This document shows positions 37,715 through 49,251 of a stretch of 64,000 nucleotides of DNA, piece by piece. Origin of the DNA: Phoronis australis. Its lineage: Eukaryota; Animalia; Phoronida. The position numbers were made by a program, and so were the translations under genes. The notes beneath the pieces were generated by a model that was given only the letters and a program-made list of their open reading frames with translations, had not been told where the DNA came from and ran no database searches. Positions within the stretch are counted from its first letter, which is position 1. Each line of letters begins with the position of its first letter. The DNA is taken from positions 77,637 to 141,636 of the forward strand of contig NMRA01000700.1 of assembly GCA_002633005.1 (NCBI GenBank), given 5' to 3'.

Positions 37715-38050
37715 TCTTGTCAGTGTATTCAGTCAAATCTCTTTAAAACATTTAACTCAATAAAAGTATATTACTGAATGTAGAAATCCTGTAAAATTTT
37801 CTGTTTTTCCTTTATGCCAATGTGTTATAAATTAGAGCACGTGACCAGGTATTTTATTAATTTTTCATCAAAAATAAAGGCTTTTTTGGTTTTTGCTTAA
37901 ATTTACCTAATATCTGATCACGTGCTCTAAATTTTATGCAGATTCGCTTGAATTAAAAAATAGACATTTTTCAGGCTTTTTACATTTAGAAAATAAACAG
38001 TTTTATTAAGTTAATTTTTTTGTTTGATATTTGACTAAAGACATTGACGA
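37715..38050. repeat. Degenerate fold-back inverted repeat (~335 bp, centre ~37880)
   Basis: aattagagcacgtgaccaggtatt pairs with aatatctgatcacgtgctctaaatt. Pairing extends outward to gtcagtgtattcagtcaaat / atttgactaaagacattgac. Confidence 0.75.
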
Positions 38051-40923
38051 GTCGATAACTTCACACATGTATGTAACCTTAAAATGGTAGTATTACCTAG
38101 GTTTTGGAGTATCTCGTCTGAAAGACACGAGAGTAACACTGTAAGTTTACCCCCTAAAACCCTGTGTCATTACCACTTGTCTGAGGGCAAAATTACACCA
38201 AATGTAGCCTCGCTACTGCCACATGTTGATTCTTGCTCCACCGATATCTAGTTCGAAGTTCCATCTTTTAAAATTAGGTTTTTCGGGAGGTGTAATGTGT
38301 GCGCCATTTGTTTTTTGCTACAACTGACCGGTCTGTATATGTCTGATTAAGTCCTACCTGAAGCGTACAATCTGGCTCTGGTTACAGTTCTCGAGTTATT
38401 CAATATGAACTGAGTGATCTTGTGTTGACCTATTTCTTGCCGCCTATTTGCATTCTGTCGCTTATTTCGTCCTATCAGCATGGCATTTTGAATAATCACA
38501 TTCACTGTACATGATTCTGTTGCGAGGCTTTCAGACCATTTGTTGAGGGGGTAAATTGAACTCAAGGTAGCGCTGTGTTAGACAATTCATTCTGATGGTT
38601 TTTGTTCTGATAATACAGGTGATAAAGTGACATTTTTGTTTGATGCACATTTGCATTTTGTTACTTTAGGTACCATTTTTGTCATTGTGAGAGAAAACTG
38701 CCATGCATTTTGATCAGGCAATATATTGTATCCACCGTGTGATAACACTTTGGGTGTACTCAAGAGTAGAAATGTAGAGATGGGTATATATTTCATTTTA
38801 GTCTAGTACTGTCATGTCAATAGAGTATAAATAAATTGAGAAAACCGATTTATTTGTTATTATATTACCGCTATAATGATTTCTTTAAAGACACGATTGG
38901 ACGTTTTGTTATCAAGCTTGATACTGGTGCGTTCGTATTTTCGTAACAATCTCCTTTCTTCTAGTGCGCAGGTATGTAATTAAAAGACCGAGAGACATAA
39001 CAAACAAACGAATAAAAACAGCAGCTATATTTCGTGACTTCATGTCACATCATCAGGCAATTAATGAAATGAACATAAACATAGCAAAAGAAATAATGAA
39101 ATACACATGACAGCAGGAGGAGGGGCATACAAGCAGAGAATGGGAATAGACGCAAGGTAGGAACCCCGCAACCCCAACGAAACAGAGACAGCGTGCGATC
39201 ACACCTGTGCGCTGTTCCTTCGTTTTTTGTGACTGATCGATATCAATTCTAAAATCTTTAGCTAAAATATATCATTTACCATATATGGATTGATGGTATT
39301 GTCTACTATTTCTTGCCTAGTTATTCTTCGGCCATGTTGGTGTACAAAGTGATCTTGAATGGACCCCCCCTGAAAGTGCGTGGAATACCGTCTATACTGA
39401 TAATATAAGATTCTTGTGTATCTTGAATAAAAGCAATAGTATGTACTACTGTAAATAAATGTGAGCAAAAAATATGTACAACTTTTTGTAAGCGCATATA
39501 TTGAATAAGTTAATAAGAATGCACTTTTGTAAACAATAAAGACATTGTAGTTGTTACTCTATTCCAGTCCTATTTTCTTCATCCCGTTCCGTCTTCGTTT
39601 TTGGTGAAAACGTTCTTCGTAACTTAAAATACCTTGCATTTATGAGCACAAGTATTTTGGAACAAGTTTAGAGTGTCAAAATGCAATGCAACTGACGGCG
39701 CAGCAAATGTTCGCTGGGAACTGCATTGTTCTAAAACCCCCACGACCCCACACCCCACAATCCCCTCGACCCATCACCACCTCGAGAGACAACCCCTTGG
39801 ACCTACGACCCCCATGACCCATGACGCTGTTACACATAGCTCAAAACCCTTTCGACCTAATCTATACAAGCTCAACTAGATATGAACATAAAACAAGCGC
39901 TGACTTGCAGGCCCAACATGTCTGATCGTGAGCTCGGCTGGTTTGTTTCCGTTTCTTGCCGGCTTGAAAGCCAAAAACAGAAACATTCAACGCGATTAAA
40001 TCAAATCAAAGATCTACCAACGTTAAAAATGTCATCGCTGGCATATTGTATTGGTCTCGTCTGTTCATCAGAGAATGGAAGATTCAAGCTTTTGGGAAAA
40101 GTGCAAGGAGCCGACGAAAATGTAATTTCTTCAGTTAATATAATTCGAGAAAAACAAACTGTTAACTAAAGAGTATCACAACATTACATGGTGCATTTTT
40201 TAAATGCGAATACCACAGAGAGCACAAAGTTAACATGTAAAAATATGTACATTCACGTACTTTCTCCCTAAGTTAAGTAGAACAGGGCCGTTGGTAGCTG
40301 CTCGTAGAGACATTGCCGTGACAACGATAGCACGTTCACCATCCGAAATTTCAGATAATGTTCGTACCCCACTTTCTGTTTTTAGCCACCAAACCTTAGC
40401 CAGAGCAGATTCGCGTCTAGGTAAGGCTTATGGGAAAGTCACTCATCGATATGATTATGAAATGTGCAAAATAATAATCTATGGCCAGAGGTGGTACATG
40501 TAAGTCAAGGTGGTTGTGGGTCGAGTAAAGTTTAAAAGAATGCCGGACCATTGGGTAGGAAAGCCTGCTGTGATGTAAAACATCAAGCGTCTGCAGTCTG
40601 TCAGGAGTAGGACAACTACGCATTACAGTGCTTGGATCGGCACGAGTAGCTCTCTTATGACAAATACAAAACCGATAACATAAAGTGTTGGACGACCATT
40701 TGACACTGCAATCGGGATAAGGAGATACAAGCAGGAAGCTGCAAATATTTCAGGGGTGTCTGATGCAGCGTTGAAACTCAGACGAAGTGGTCGGCAGTCA
40801 ACAACACGAAGACGTCGTATATCTCCATGTGTCTCCTCCGCTCCGTTGTCACTGTTTTGACCACTCGTTGACAGTGACACCGTATCGATGGTGCTTTGAG
40901 ACAGCGAAGCTCCTATAAGGCTT

Positions 40924-42376
40924 TGATACGCCGTAAAATGTAAAACTTTCGTAAAATGTAACAACTGTCACATTTCACGTCGAACGCACATGCGAGATAT
41001 GTACAATTGTTACATTTTACGAAACCCACGTCATATTTCAATGAAAATGACGAAAATCATGAACAAGTGTTATCCGACACGGCCGGTGGTACTGGTGTAT
41101 TTTTAGACGAGGAGTGCCGCCCGTAAAATTTGAATATTTACCCTTTTAGAGAGTGCGTTCCAACAAAAAGTGACCCATTTAGAGACTAATTGGTGCAAAA
41201 ATTCAAAATTTCGTACACTTCTTTTCCAGTAATTCAATGTCATCGGGCTTTCCATAGTGGACGGCGAGTTCTGTTCCAAAAGGATTTCGAAGGGGCTCCT
41301 ATTTTCAGCTTTAACGGTATTGAGAGGAACGCCTTGACAGGCGTGGATGCATAGTAGGCCTACTTTTTTGAAAACAAGGAGGCTGAGATTTAAAATCTTT
41401 TTTAGGCGTTCGCCAAATTATCTATTTCTGAAATATCGGCAAGCACTTTATTATGTATTAATATAAATATAAATATAACTATATCGATATGAAGTTTGCC
41501 ACGAAGAACTGAATTCAGAACGCCATATTTTCTCTAAGTTCTTGAAAACATTCCTCGTTAAAAAGTGTGCTTTTATTTCTTTCCACCACAATGTCTTTAA
41601 GAAATTGTCATTCGTAACTAACGTGGTAGACATCACCGAGCGGCATCAGAAACTTTGTCTTTCTCCTCTTGTGTGAAGCAGGTTAATTACTGCATTTGCC
41701 ATGAATCTCTGGCAGTAAAACACTGGCCGAAATAAACCAAATTATCGTGGACTAAAACTGATTTTTTTTTCTATCAAATTGACTTCCGAAATTGAACTCT
41801 CCATGAAAGAAATTGTTATTGTCGTTCGTTCCCTAAGAAATACGATAAATATTAGCCAAATACGATGTCATTGTTGTTATTACCAAGGGAAGTGTGTTTA
41901 CTGTAATGTCGGATACACAATTAGTTTATGAGGGCCAACAAAAGATTGCGAGAACGCTTTTACGGTAAAAAACTTGTTACCTGATCCTGGAAAATCCTTT
42001 CGTGTGGAATTGAAACTGTAAGCTGTACATTTTTGACAATATAATAAAAAATATGAATTTAGAAAAAATATGAAAAGTACATAATTAGGAACACATCTGT
42101 AAAGTCGACCCGGCGCATTTGATCGAATTTCATTCACACAATCCGAGAGAGAAGGCGTTAAGTGTATCAACGATTTTCCTCGGTGTCACAAATACCATGC
42201 AAACTCATGAAATATCACTCCGCTCTCGTAAAATGTAACAACAAATGGTGCATTCTCGCACATGCATTCGACGTAAATGGTAACACTTTCGTAACAACTT
42301 GTTACATTTTAGGAGAGGCCCAGCAACGTAAAATGGAACAATGACACAAAATGTAACAATTGTATATTGGGTATCA
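40924..42376. mobile_element. Non-autonomous DNA element with AAAATGTAAC subterminal repeats
   Basis: Left end TGATACGCCGTAAAATGTAA..TTTCGTAAAATGTAACAA has its reverse complement at 8041-8085. The right part matches 800-1516. Confidence 0.5.
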
Positions 42377-43653
42377 GACCTTCATATGCCGGAAGCTTTT
42401 TTGGCTAATTATGTCTCTTTGATAAAAACATTAAGTCACGCTTTTACACGAACCTCCTTTTACGCATAGGGCATATACGGGGGACGTCGATATCTTTACT
42501 TCCTTTTAATTCGAACAAATGCTCCTGTAATCATACAATTTATCAGGTTATGCATTTGCCCAAATCGGCAACTGTCCAATATTACCGCTGTGGGTGTGTG
42601 CGTGCACATGTGCATGTGCGTGCGTGTGTGTACGTTTTAATCATAATGAGGCATATTTCACCTACTGGATTCCTATAGAAGCTTCACCTTCGCTAAGCGA
42701 TTACCCACTGTTGTGGACACATCACAGTATTGTACTTGTATATGCAACCGAGTTCATCTTATTCGAGAGTGTTGCTTTACCCGTGTTAGACTGAAATCTA
42801 TATCGTGATATTGGTATCTCCACCAGCTCTGAGTAAAGCAAAACAAACTAGTGCATAAACTTAATGGTCCATCAGACAGGAATCGGGCGTCAATTTTTGT
42901 GCTCTTCCGGCCGGGTCACACATAATGATATAGAGGGCCCTACAGTATTTATGGGAGCCTGTATATGATGTCATTTTAATTAAATTGTTAATTTTGACCA
43001 ATATTTATTAAATGACATAGGCACGAAATCCAGTTTTGTGGTACCAATATCAATATAGAGAGGCCCGCCTTAAGACAGTCAAAAAACAGGGTTCAAAAAT
43101 GATTTTTGCTTATGTCAATTTAATAAGAATATGTTATTGCCAGCTGCGAATCGTAAAGCGTATCACAATTTTGCTTCCGTGGTCTTGCTACCGTATAGTA
43201 ATTCCGGCAAAACCGAATTCTGGTCATTTTAATGACGGGAAGAGTCGACATATTGGACGAAATACAGCTGCTCAGTAGCGAAATTATTGTGTACAACACA
43301 ACGCGTACCTTGCAGTACGTCATCACTTCTGTGCTAGGTAGGAAAAAAGAGACAAGCTTTTCCCAACAATATTTTTGATGAGTAAGTTCCATCTACAATT
43401 TGACTTTCACGAATTTCAATTAAAACGCTAATAAATACGGGAGTATATTGCTAACCTTTATTGATATTTGTTCTGACGGTGTTCAATTTCGGGGACTCAT
43501 GGCCAAGTCAGGATAATTGAACCTCTCCGACTGAGTACAACAGGAGTATGAAGTGGCCATCACATTCCAAAGCAACACGGAGCATCCAAAGTGCAACGCA
43601 GTTCTTAAACGCGGGCGCCTGTCCGTAAAAAATCAACTAAAAATGCACGGATT

Positions 43654-44009
43654 TCAGTTGAAGCCAGTGGTCATGACAAACATACGATATTGACCTCCAC
43701 AGGTTAGACGTGGGTCACCTCTGCATGGCGTGTCGCACTCTTGATTATCCACAAGAAGAACTCTGGCGTTAAATTTATTTCCGCACCAACACTCTGTTCC
43801 ACCTCCGAGACCAGCGAGTCGAAACGATCCTGTTCTACAATATTTTTTACAAAACGTCGGCGTCATTTTTTTACCATACCCAGCGTATCCAGTTTTGTGA
43901 AAGTTTTTGTATTTACGGTCGACGAAGAATTGTGTGGACTGTCCATTCAGTAAAGGTGTTAAGGTATTAGTTTTACCATCACTGTAGCAACCTTCTATAA
44001 CGCCGTCAA
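43654..44009 (-). CDS. Second, near-identical copy of WSC gene 3 exon C (probably the other haplotype, duplicated at an assembly gap)
   Basis: Exon peptide is identical to 45195-45550 except VMTTGFN vs VTTTGFN. It lies in the 42795-44333 block repeated directly after the N at 44334. Confidence 0.6.
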
Positions 44010-45194
44010 CTAGAAGGGAAAGGAATATATTTGAAAATGGTAAGAATTGGAATATCGGAATTGGACGCAGATACAAAAAATGCCATTATTGTGTCTCAAA
44101 ATTAATGTCAATTAGATAGCAGAGAATTTGACGCCTACTTAAATTACAAAAATCACTGTGGTAAAACCAACTGATGAGTTTTTCGATACTTGTGTTATGG
44201 ATATTAACAATCTAGAAATCTGCAGCTCAATCCGATGATAACTTTTTGTACCTTGAGGATTTTTTATGATTCTCACCGTCTCTGGTTTGGAGTGACGTCC
44301 GCTCCATATACTTTCAAAGAAATTATTATTGGANAATCTATATCGTGATCTTGGTACTCCACCAGCTCTGAGTAAAGCAAAACACACTAGTGCATAAACT
44401 TAATGGTCCATCAGACAGGAATCGGGCGTCAATTTTTGTGCTCTTCCGGCCGGGTCACACATAATGATATAGAGGGCCCTACAGTATTTATGGGGGCCTG
44501 TATATGATGTCATTTTAATTAAATTGTTAATTTTGACCAATATTTATTAAATGACATAGGCACGAAATCCAGTTTTGTGGTACCAATATCAATATAGAGA
44601 GGCCCGCCTTAAGACAGTAAAAAAACAGGGTTCAAAAATGATTTTTGCTTATGTCAATTTAATAAGAATATGTTATTGCCAGCTGCGAATCGTAAACCGT
44701 ATCACAATTTTGCTTCCGTGGTCTTGCTACCGTATAGTAATTCCGGCAAAACCGAAATCTGGTCATTTTAATGACGGGAAGAGTCGACATATTGGACGAA
44801 ATACAGCTGCTCAGTAGCGTAATTATTGTGTACAACACAACGCGTACCTCGCATTACGTCATCACTTCTGTGCTAGGTAGGAAAAAAGAGACAAGCCTTT
44901 CCCAACAATATTTTTGATGAGTAAGTTTCATTTAAAATTTGACTTTCACGAATTTCAATTAAAACGCTAATAAATACACGAGTTTATTGCTAACCTTTAT
45001 TGATATTTGTTCTGACAGTGTTATAATTTCGGGGACTCATGGCCAAGTCAGGAAAATTGAACCTCTCCGACTGAGTACAACAGGAGTATGAAGTGGCCAT
45101 CACATTCCAAAGCAACACGGAGCATCCAAAGTGCAACGCAGTTCTTAAACGCGGGCGCCTGTCCGTAAAAAAATCAACTAAAAATGCACGGATT

Positions 45195-45550
45195 TCAGTT
45201 GAAGCCAGTGGTCGTGACAAACATACGATATTGACCTCCACAGGTTAGACGTGGGTCACCTCTGCATGGCGTGTCGCACTCTTGATTATCCACAAGAAGA
45301 ACTCTGGCGTTAAATTTATTTCCGCACCAACACTCTGTTCCACCTCCGAGACCAGCGAGTCGAAACGATCCTGTTCTACAATATTTTTTACAAAACGTCG
45401 GCGTCATTTTTTTACCATACCCAGCGTATCCAGTTTTGTGAAAGTTTTTGTATTTACGGTCGACGAAGAATTGTGTGGACTGTCCATTCAGTAAAGGTGT
45501 TAAGGTATTGGTTTTACCATCACTGTAGCAACCTTCTATAACGCCGTCAA
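45195..45550 (-). CDS. WSC gene 3, WSC domain exon C (terminal, TGA 45197-45195)
   Basis: EGCYSD...FCKKYCRTGSFRLAGLGGGTECWCGN...ECDTPCRGDPRLTCGG. Acceptor cctttccattctag| is phase 1. AATAAA on the minus strand at 45001-44996. Confidence 0.9.
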
Positions 45551-46565
45551 CTAGAATGGAAAGGAATATATTTAAAAATGGTAAGAATTGGAATATCGGA
45601 ATTGGACGCAGATACAAAAAATGCCATTATTGTGTCTCAAAATTAATGTTAATTAGATAGCTGAGAATTTGAAGCCTACTTAAATTACAAAAAATCACTG
45701 TTGTAAAACCAACTGATGAGTTTTTCGATACTTGTGTTATGGATATTAACAGATCTAGAAATCTGCAGCTCAATCCGATGATAACTTTTTGTACCTTGAG
45801 GATTTTTTATGATTCTCACCGTCTCTGGTTTGGAGTGACGTCCGCTCCATATACTTTCAAAGAAATTATTATTGGAAAGATAACTGGAGTAGTAATATAT
45901 GATATCTTAATTTCATGCAGTTAATTTAAAATTCCAATTATCAAATCGGTATATCTATTTTCTCAGTCATGTTGCAGTTTGCTGAAATCGGGAAGACTTG
46001 CATATCAAAAGGTTGTGGAGAGCCTGTGAGAGAAATCCAATCCGTGGACTCGGTCATCTTGTAGCTTTTTTCAATCCATACTAGGACTAAATCTGTTGCA
46101 CCCAGTCCGCTAAATAGATATGTTATCGCTGAGAAGGCTTTTTGATTTCAAAAGGTATTATGATTAGGAATTGTGGAATAAAATCATTAAAGCTGTTGAG
46201 AATCGCAATAAGCACTTTTAAAACATCCAACAACCGACCGAAACATTTTGTTTTTCTTCATAATGTTAAGAGTCGCTCACTAACATTATGACATCCATTT
46301 TCTGTAGAATCGCATGCCTGGGGAGCATACTTTGATGCCTGAAGTAAGTCCCATGAAATAGGTCAATAGCTGTCACAAATGGTGTGAACTTTGTTCATTA
46401 CGAAAGAACACTTCCGGAGTCAGTCTCACAATCCAAAAATGCGTTGATTCTTTTCCAACAAAAATTTTTTGATTTTATAGTCTTCTTAAATCGCCCTTAC
46501 CAAAAAATACGCCTTTCAAATTACGTGCTTTACTAGCCTAAAGCGAAATTGTATTTCCATCTCAC

Positions 46566-46850
46566 CTGCTCTAAAGGAGTGAAGGAGCATTATTGCTCCT
46601 TTACTTCCGCATTTTTCGTCGTAGTTGCCACTGCATGGTGCTACACATTCGTTGTCAGGAATCAAGTGATCAAAGAAGAGATCGTCTCCACACCAACACT
46701 GAGTACCATTGTGCACTCCTGCAAACTTTTTTTGGATGGCTCCACAAACTGAACTGCAGAAGGAATGGCTGTTACGTTTTCCCGTGTATGCTCTTGTCAT
46801 GGTATTCCTGGTGTTGAGTGTCCAGCACTTTCCAACATCCACTTTGGATT
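46566..46850 (-). CDS. WSC gene 3, WSC domain exon B
   Basis: KCW...SFCSSVCG...FAGVHNGTQCWCGD...ECVAPCSGNYDEKCGS. Acceptor tataattcag| and donor GCAG|gtgaga are phase 1-1. Confidence 0.9.
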
Positions 46851-47286
46851 CTGAATTATAATGGCATATTATAGTCAGTACTCAATAGCCGTATAGATCA
46901 AACTTTATTAAATGTCAGTGTCATGGTGTATGCGAAGCACTCTAAGGATTTCCTTTTCAATCAATATCCGTGTACTTTGGTGATTTTCAAATGTTGTTAT
47001 CACTTTTCATGACATAATGACCTTGATGCCGTATTTTATTAAACGTAGGCATTAAAAACTCCAACATTTCACAAATTCCTGGCCAAATTTCGATGTTTTC
47101 ATATTGCATATTTTAGTAAATACTTTCTTATATACATGTAATTTAAAAAGTCACCATGTTGCAATTGGGACAGAAATGTGATCGAAAGCCTTGCTTATTT
47201 CATTCTTAGTGCAATAATCTAATTACTGCACATGCTCTGCAATATTTCCGATTAAATGAAAATTTCACTAAAAAATGTAAATATAC

Positions 47287-47604
47287 CGTGCGAGTAACCG
47301 GTTTCCATTATAAAGTTGCGAAGATGACCGCCACAAAAAATCCTTGAATCTCCCGGGCACAAACGCTGCTCACAGTCAGACTTCAGTGCGCGGCCGTGTT
47401 TCCCAAATGTATTGCTGCACCAACACATGTCGCCGTTTTGAACAGCAGCATACAAATACCATCGTGCTTTGCATCCCCTCGAACATTTCTCATTGGTATT
47501 AATACCTCCTTTATACAACATCAGGTTCATATCCGGGTGCTCTTTGGTATCAACATAACAGCCAAGATTACTCAGCTTGCGTATTGGAAGAGGCATTCGG
47601 AATC
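47287..47604 (-). CDS. WSC gene 3, WSC domain exon A
   Basis: LGCYVD...KCSRGCKARWYLYAAVQNGDMCWCSN...DCEQRLCPGDSRIFCGG. Acceptor tttattttag| and donor CACG|gtatat are phase 1-1. Confidence 0.9.
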
Positions 47605-48683
47605 CTAAAATAAACGCCGTTACATGGACACATGTGAATCACTTTTTGCACAGGAAATCATAACTTGGATGTCGAATATGGCAGATTGCCTGACCGTCTC
47701 TGGCATGTTATTGCATAAACTTAAGAAACTCACGCGTGTAAAGAATTGGCATTTTACTTCTACTCCTATATACTTGAAAATTCTTCTTGGCCAACAAATA
47801 TTATGAATAGAATAAGTTGCTGAAATACAAGAAACCAATTCGTTTCTTTTTAAGAATATGTCGTTTACTATAAAGCAAAAGTTAAATAGTTTCTAGTGTA
47901 AGTTGTTTGCACATAACAGAGTTCTTTGACGTGTCATTCAAAATTGATAAACACTTGAAACGTTAAAGAAAAATAGCGGAGGTTTGACAATTGGAGATGA
48001 ATTACTCTCAAACTTACAATATATCAAATATAGTTGCTGAGTAAAGCTTGTTGTTCTAAACATTATAGTGAATTTTCCCAACAAGTGCACATCCATCAAA
48101 AGGTAGAGCTACTACATACCTGCACGCCAGGTGTGCGTTCAGTAGCCCCAGAACCTACGCTAGGACCTCGCTGAAACCTAGCCCAAATCACGTGTTCTTA
48201 CTTAAAATACACGGTAGTATCTCACGTAATCTCGAAAAGTATTAAGTGTTTTAGTCACTTACAAGCATTACTGAACAGCTGACTGGTTTTCTCTAGTAAC
48301 AAGTAGCTATATAGGCACATACTTCGAGAAATTTCTAACCACTGAGATCATGGATACAATTGTACGTGTCACAGTGAAACTACATTCGTTTAGGCATTGT
48401 CTTGAACCCGGTAAGACCCATGCACTAAAAAGTGACAGATTGTCATCAAGAACATGCGCAAATTATTAGGCTAATGCACCCGAGGCACAACAAGGTGTCC
48501 TCACATCAGGATAAGGGAGCATGAGGTCTTGGAATATCGGAAAGAAGGAGCACAGAGTTGGGAGAGATTGGATGGAAAAATAGGGACAGGTGAACATCGG
48601 CTGGAGCGTAAGGTCGGATAAGGGGAGCATCGGTAATCCCAGGCTAATGCACTGGGTTTGAAATAATAACACAAAGTACCTAC

Positions 48684-48722
48684 CATCAACTGTCAATAAT
48701 ATGGATATCAGGTAAAATGCTC
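48684..48722 (-). CDS. WSC gene 3, signal-peptide mini-exon (39 nt, phase 1-1): (G)AFYLISILLTVD(G)
   Basis: tttcacatttcag|GAGCATTT...GTTGATG|gtaggt. Hydrophobic and similar to the mini-exons of genes 1 and 2. Confidence 0.75.
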
Positions 48723-49022
48723 CTGAAATGTGAAAAATACAATTTAGAACACATACAATATATAAAAGAGTATACAATGAAATTTCGAAATAATGAAATG
48801 TCAGTTGAAGTTTTTTTATCGAAATTAGGAATTTGGGTGAGGATATATCCCTTTACTCAACTTGAGTTCGTGACCAAACAGTCACAGAGGCATGAGGCGA
48901 TTCAGAGCAATTGTTTTCAACGGTCATAGCAAGTAGAAACGCAATTCCTTCTGGATGAAAGCTATGTTTTGCCTCTCTTTTTCCCCGGCACCATTTTATC
49001 AAATATATATATATATATATAT

Positions 49023-49033
49023 ACCGAGGCGCC

Positions 49034-49087
<54 letters not shown>

Positions 49088-49098
49088 GGCGCCTCGGT
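49023..49098. repeat. Palindrome: ACCGAGGCGCCATAA-(TA)n-TTATGGCGCCTCGGT
   Basis: Direct observation; preceded by another short (TA)n run. Confidence 0.9.
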
Positions 49099-49165
49099 TA
49101 GTTATAGGGCTGCTACGTACCTGCCGGGAGATTCGATTTTAGTGACACCACCTGATACCTTTGAC

Positions 49166-49193
49166 CTCGGAAAAGTAGTAAACAAATTTTCAT
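49166..49193 (-). CDS. WSC gene 3, candidate start-codon exon MKICLLLFR(G)
   Basis: ATG at 49193 with TATAAAA ~55 nt upstream. Phase-1 donor G|gtcaaa is weak. Joined product MKICLLLFRGAFYLISILLTVDG reads as a typical signal peptide. Confidence 0.55.
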
Positions 49194-49244
49194 GCGGTTG
49201 TCTGGTTCCAAAGTGCTTCTGCTAAATCTTTTTCTCTCGTTACA

Positions 49245-49251
49245 TTTTATA
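49245..49251 (-). promoter_or_regulatory. Candidate TATA box of WSC gene 3
   Basis: Minus strand caTATAAAAtg lies 52-58 nt upstream of the candidate ATG at 49193. Confidence 0.4.

Larger units (their letters stand above)
42795..45876. repeat. Direct duplication 42795-44333 / 44335-45876 separated by a single N
   Basis: Near-identical copies; junction N at 44334. Confidence 0.95.

Noticed and set aside
40411-40620. Possible decayed WSC-C exon of gene 2
   Set aside because: Only a vague resemblance; no recoverable CxC or CGG spacing.
48018-48170. Two small AG...GT-bounded segments as extra coding exons of gene 3
   Set aside because: Their phases do not fit the phase-1 acceptor at 47604 without creating a TGA; the 48684-48722 mini-exon fits and is paralogous.
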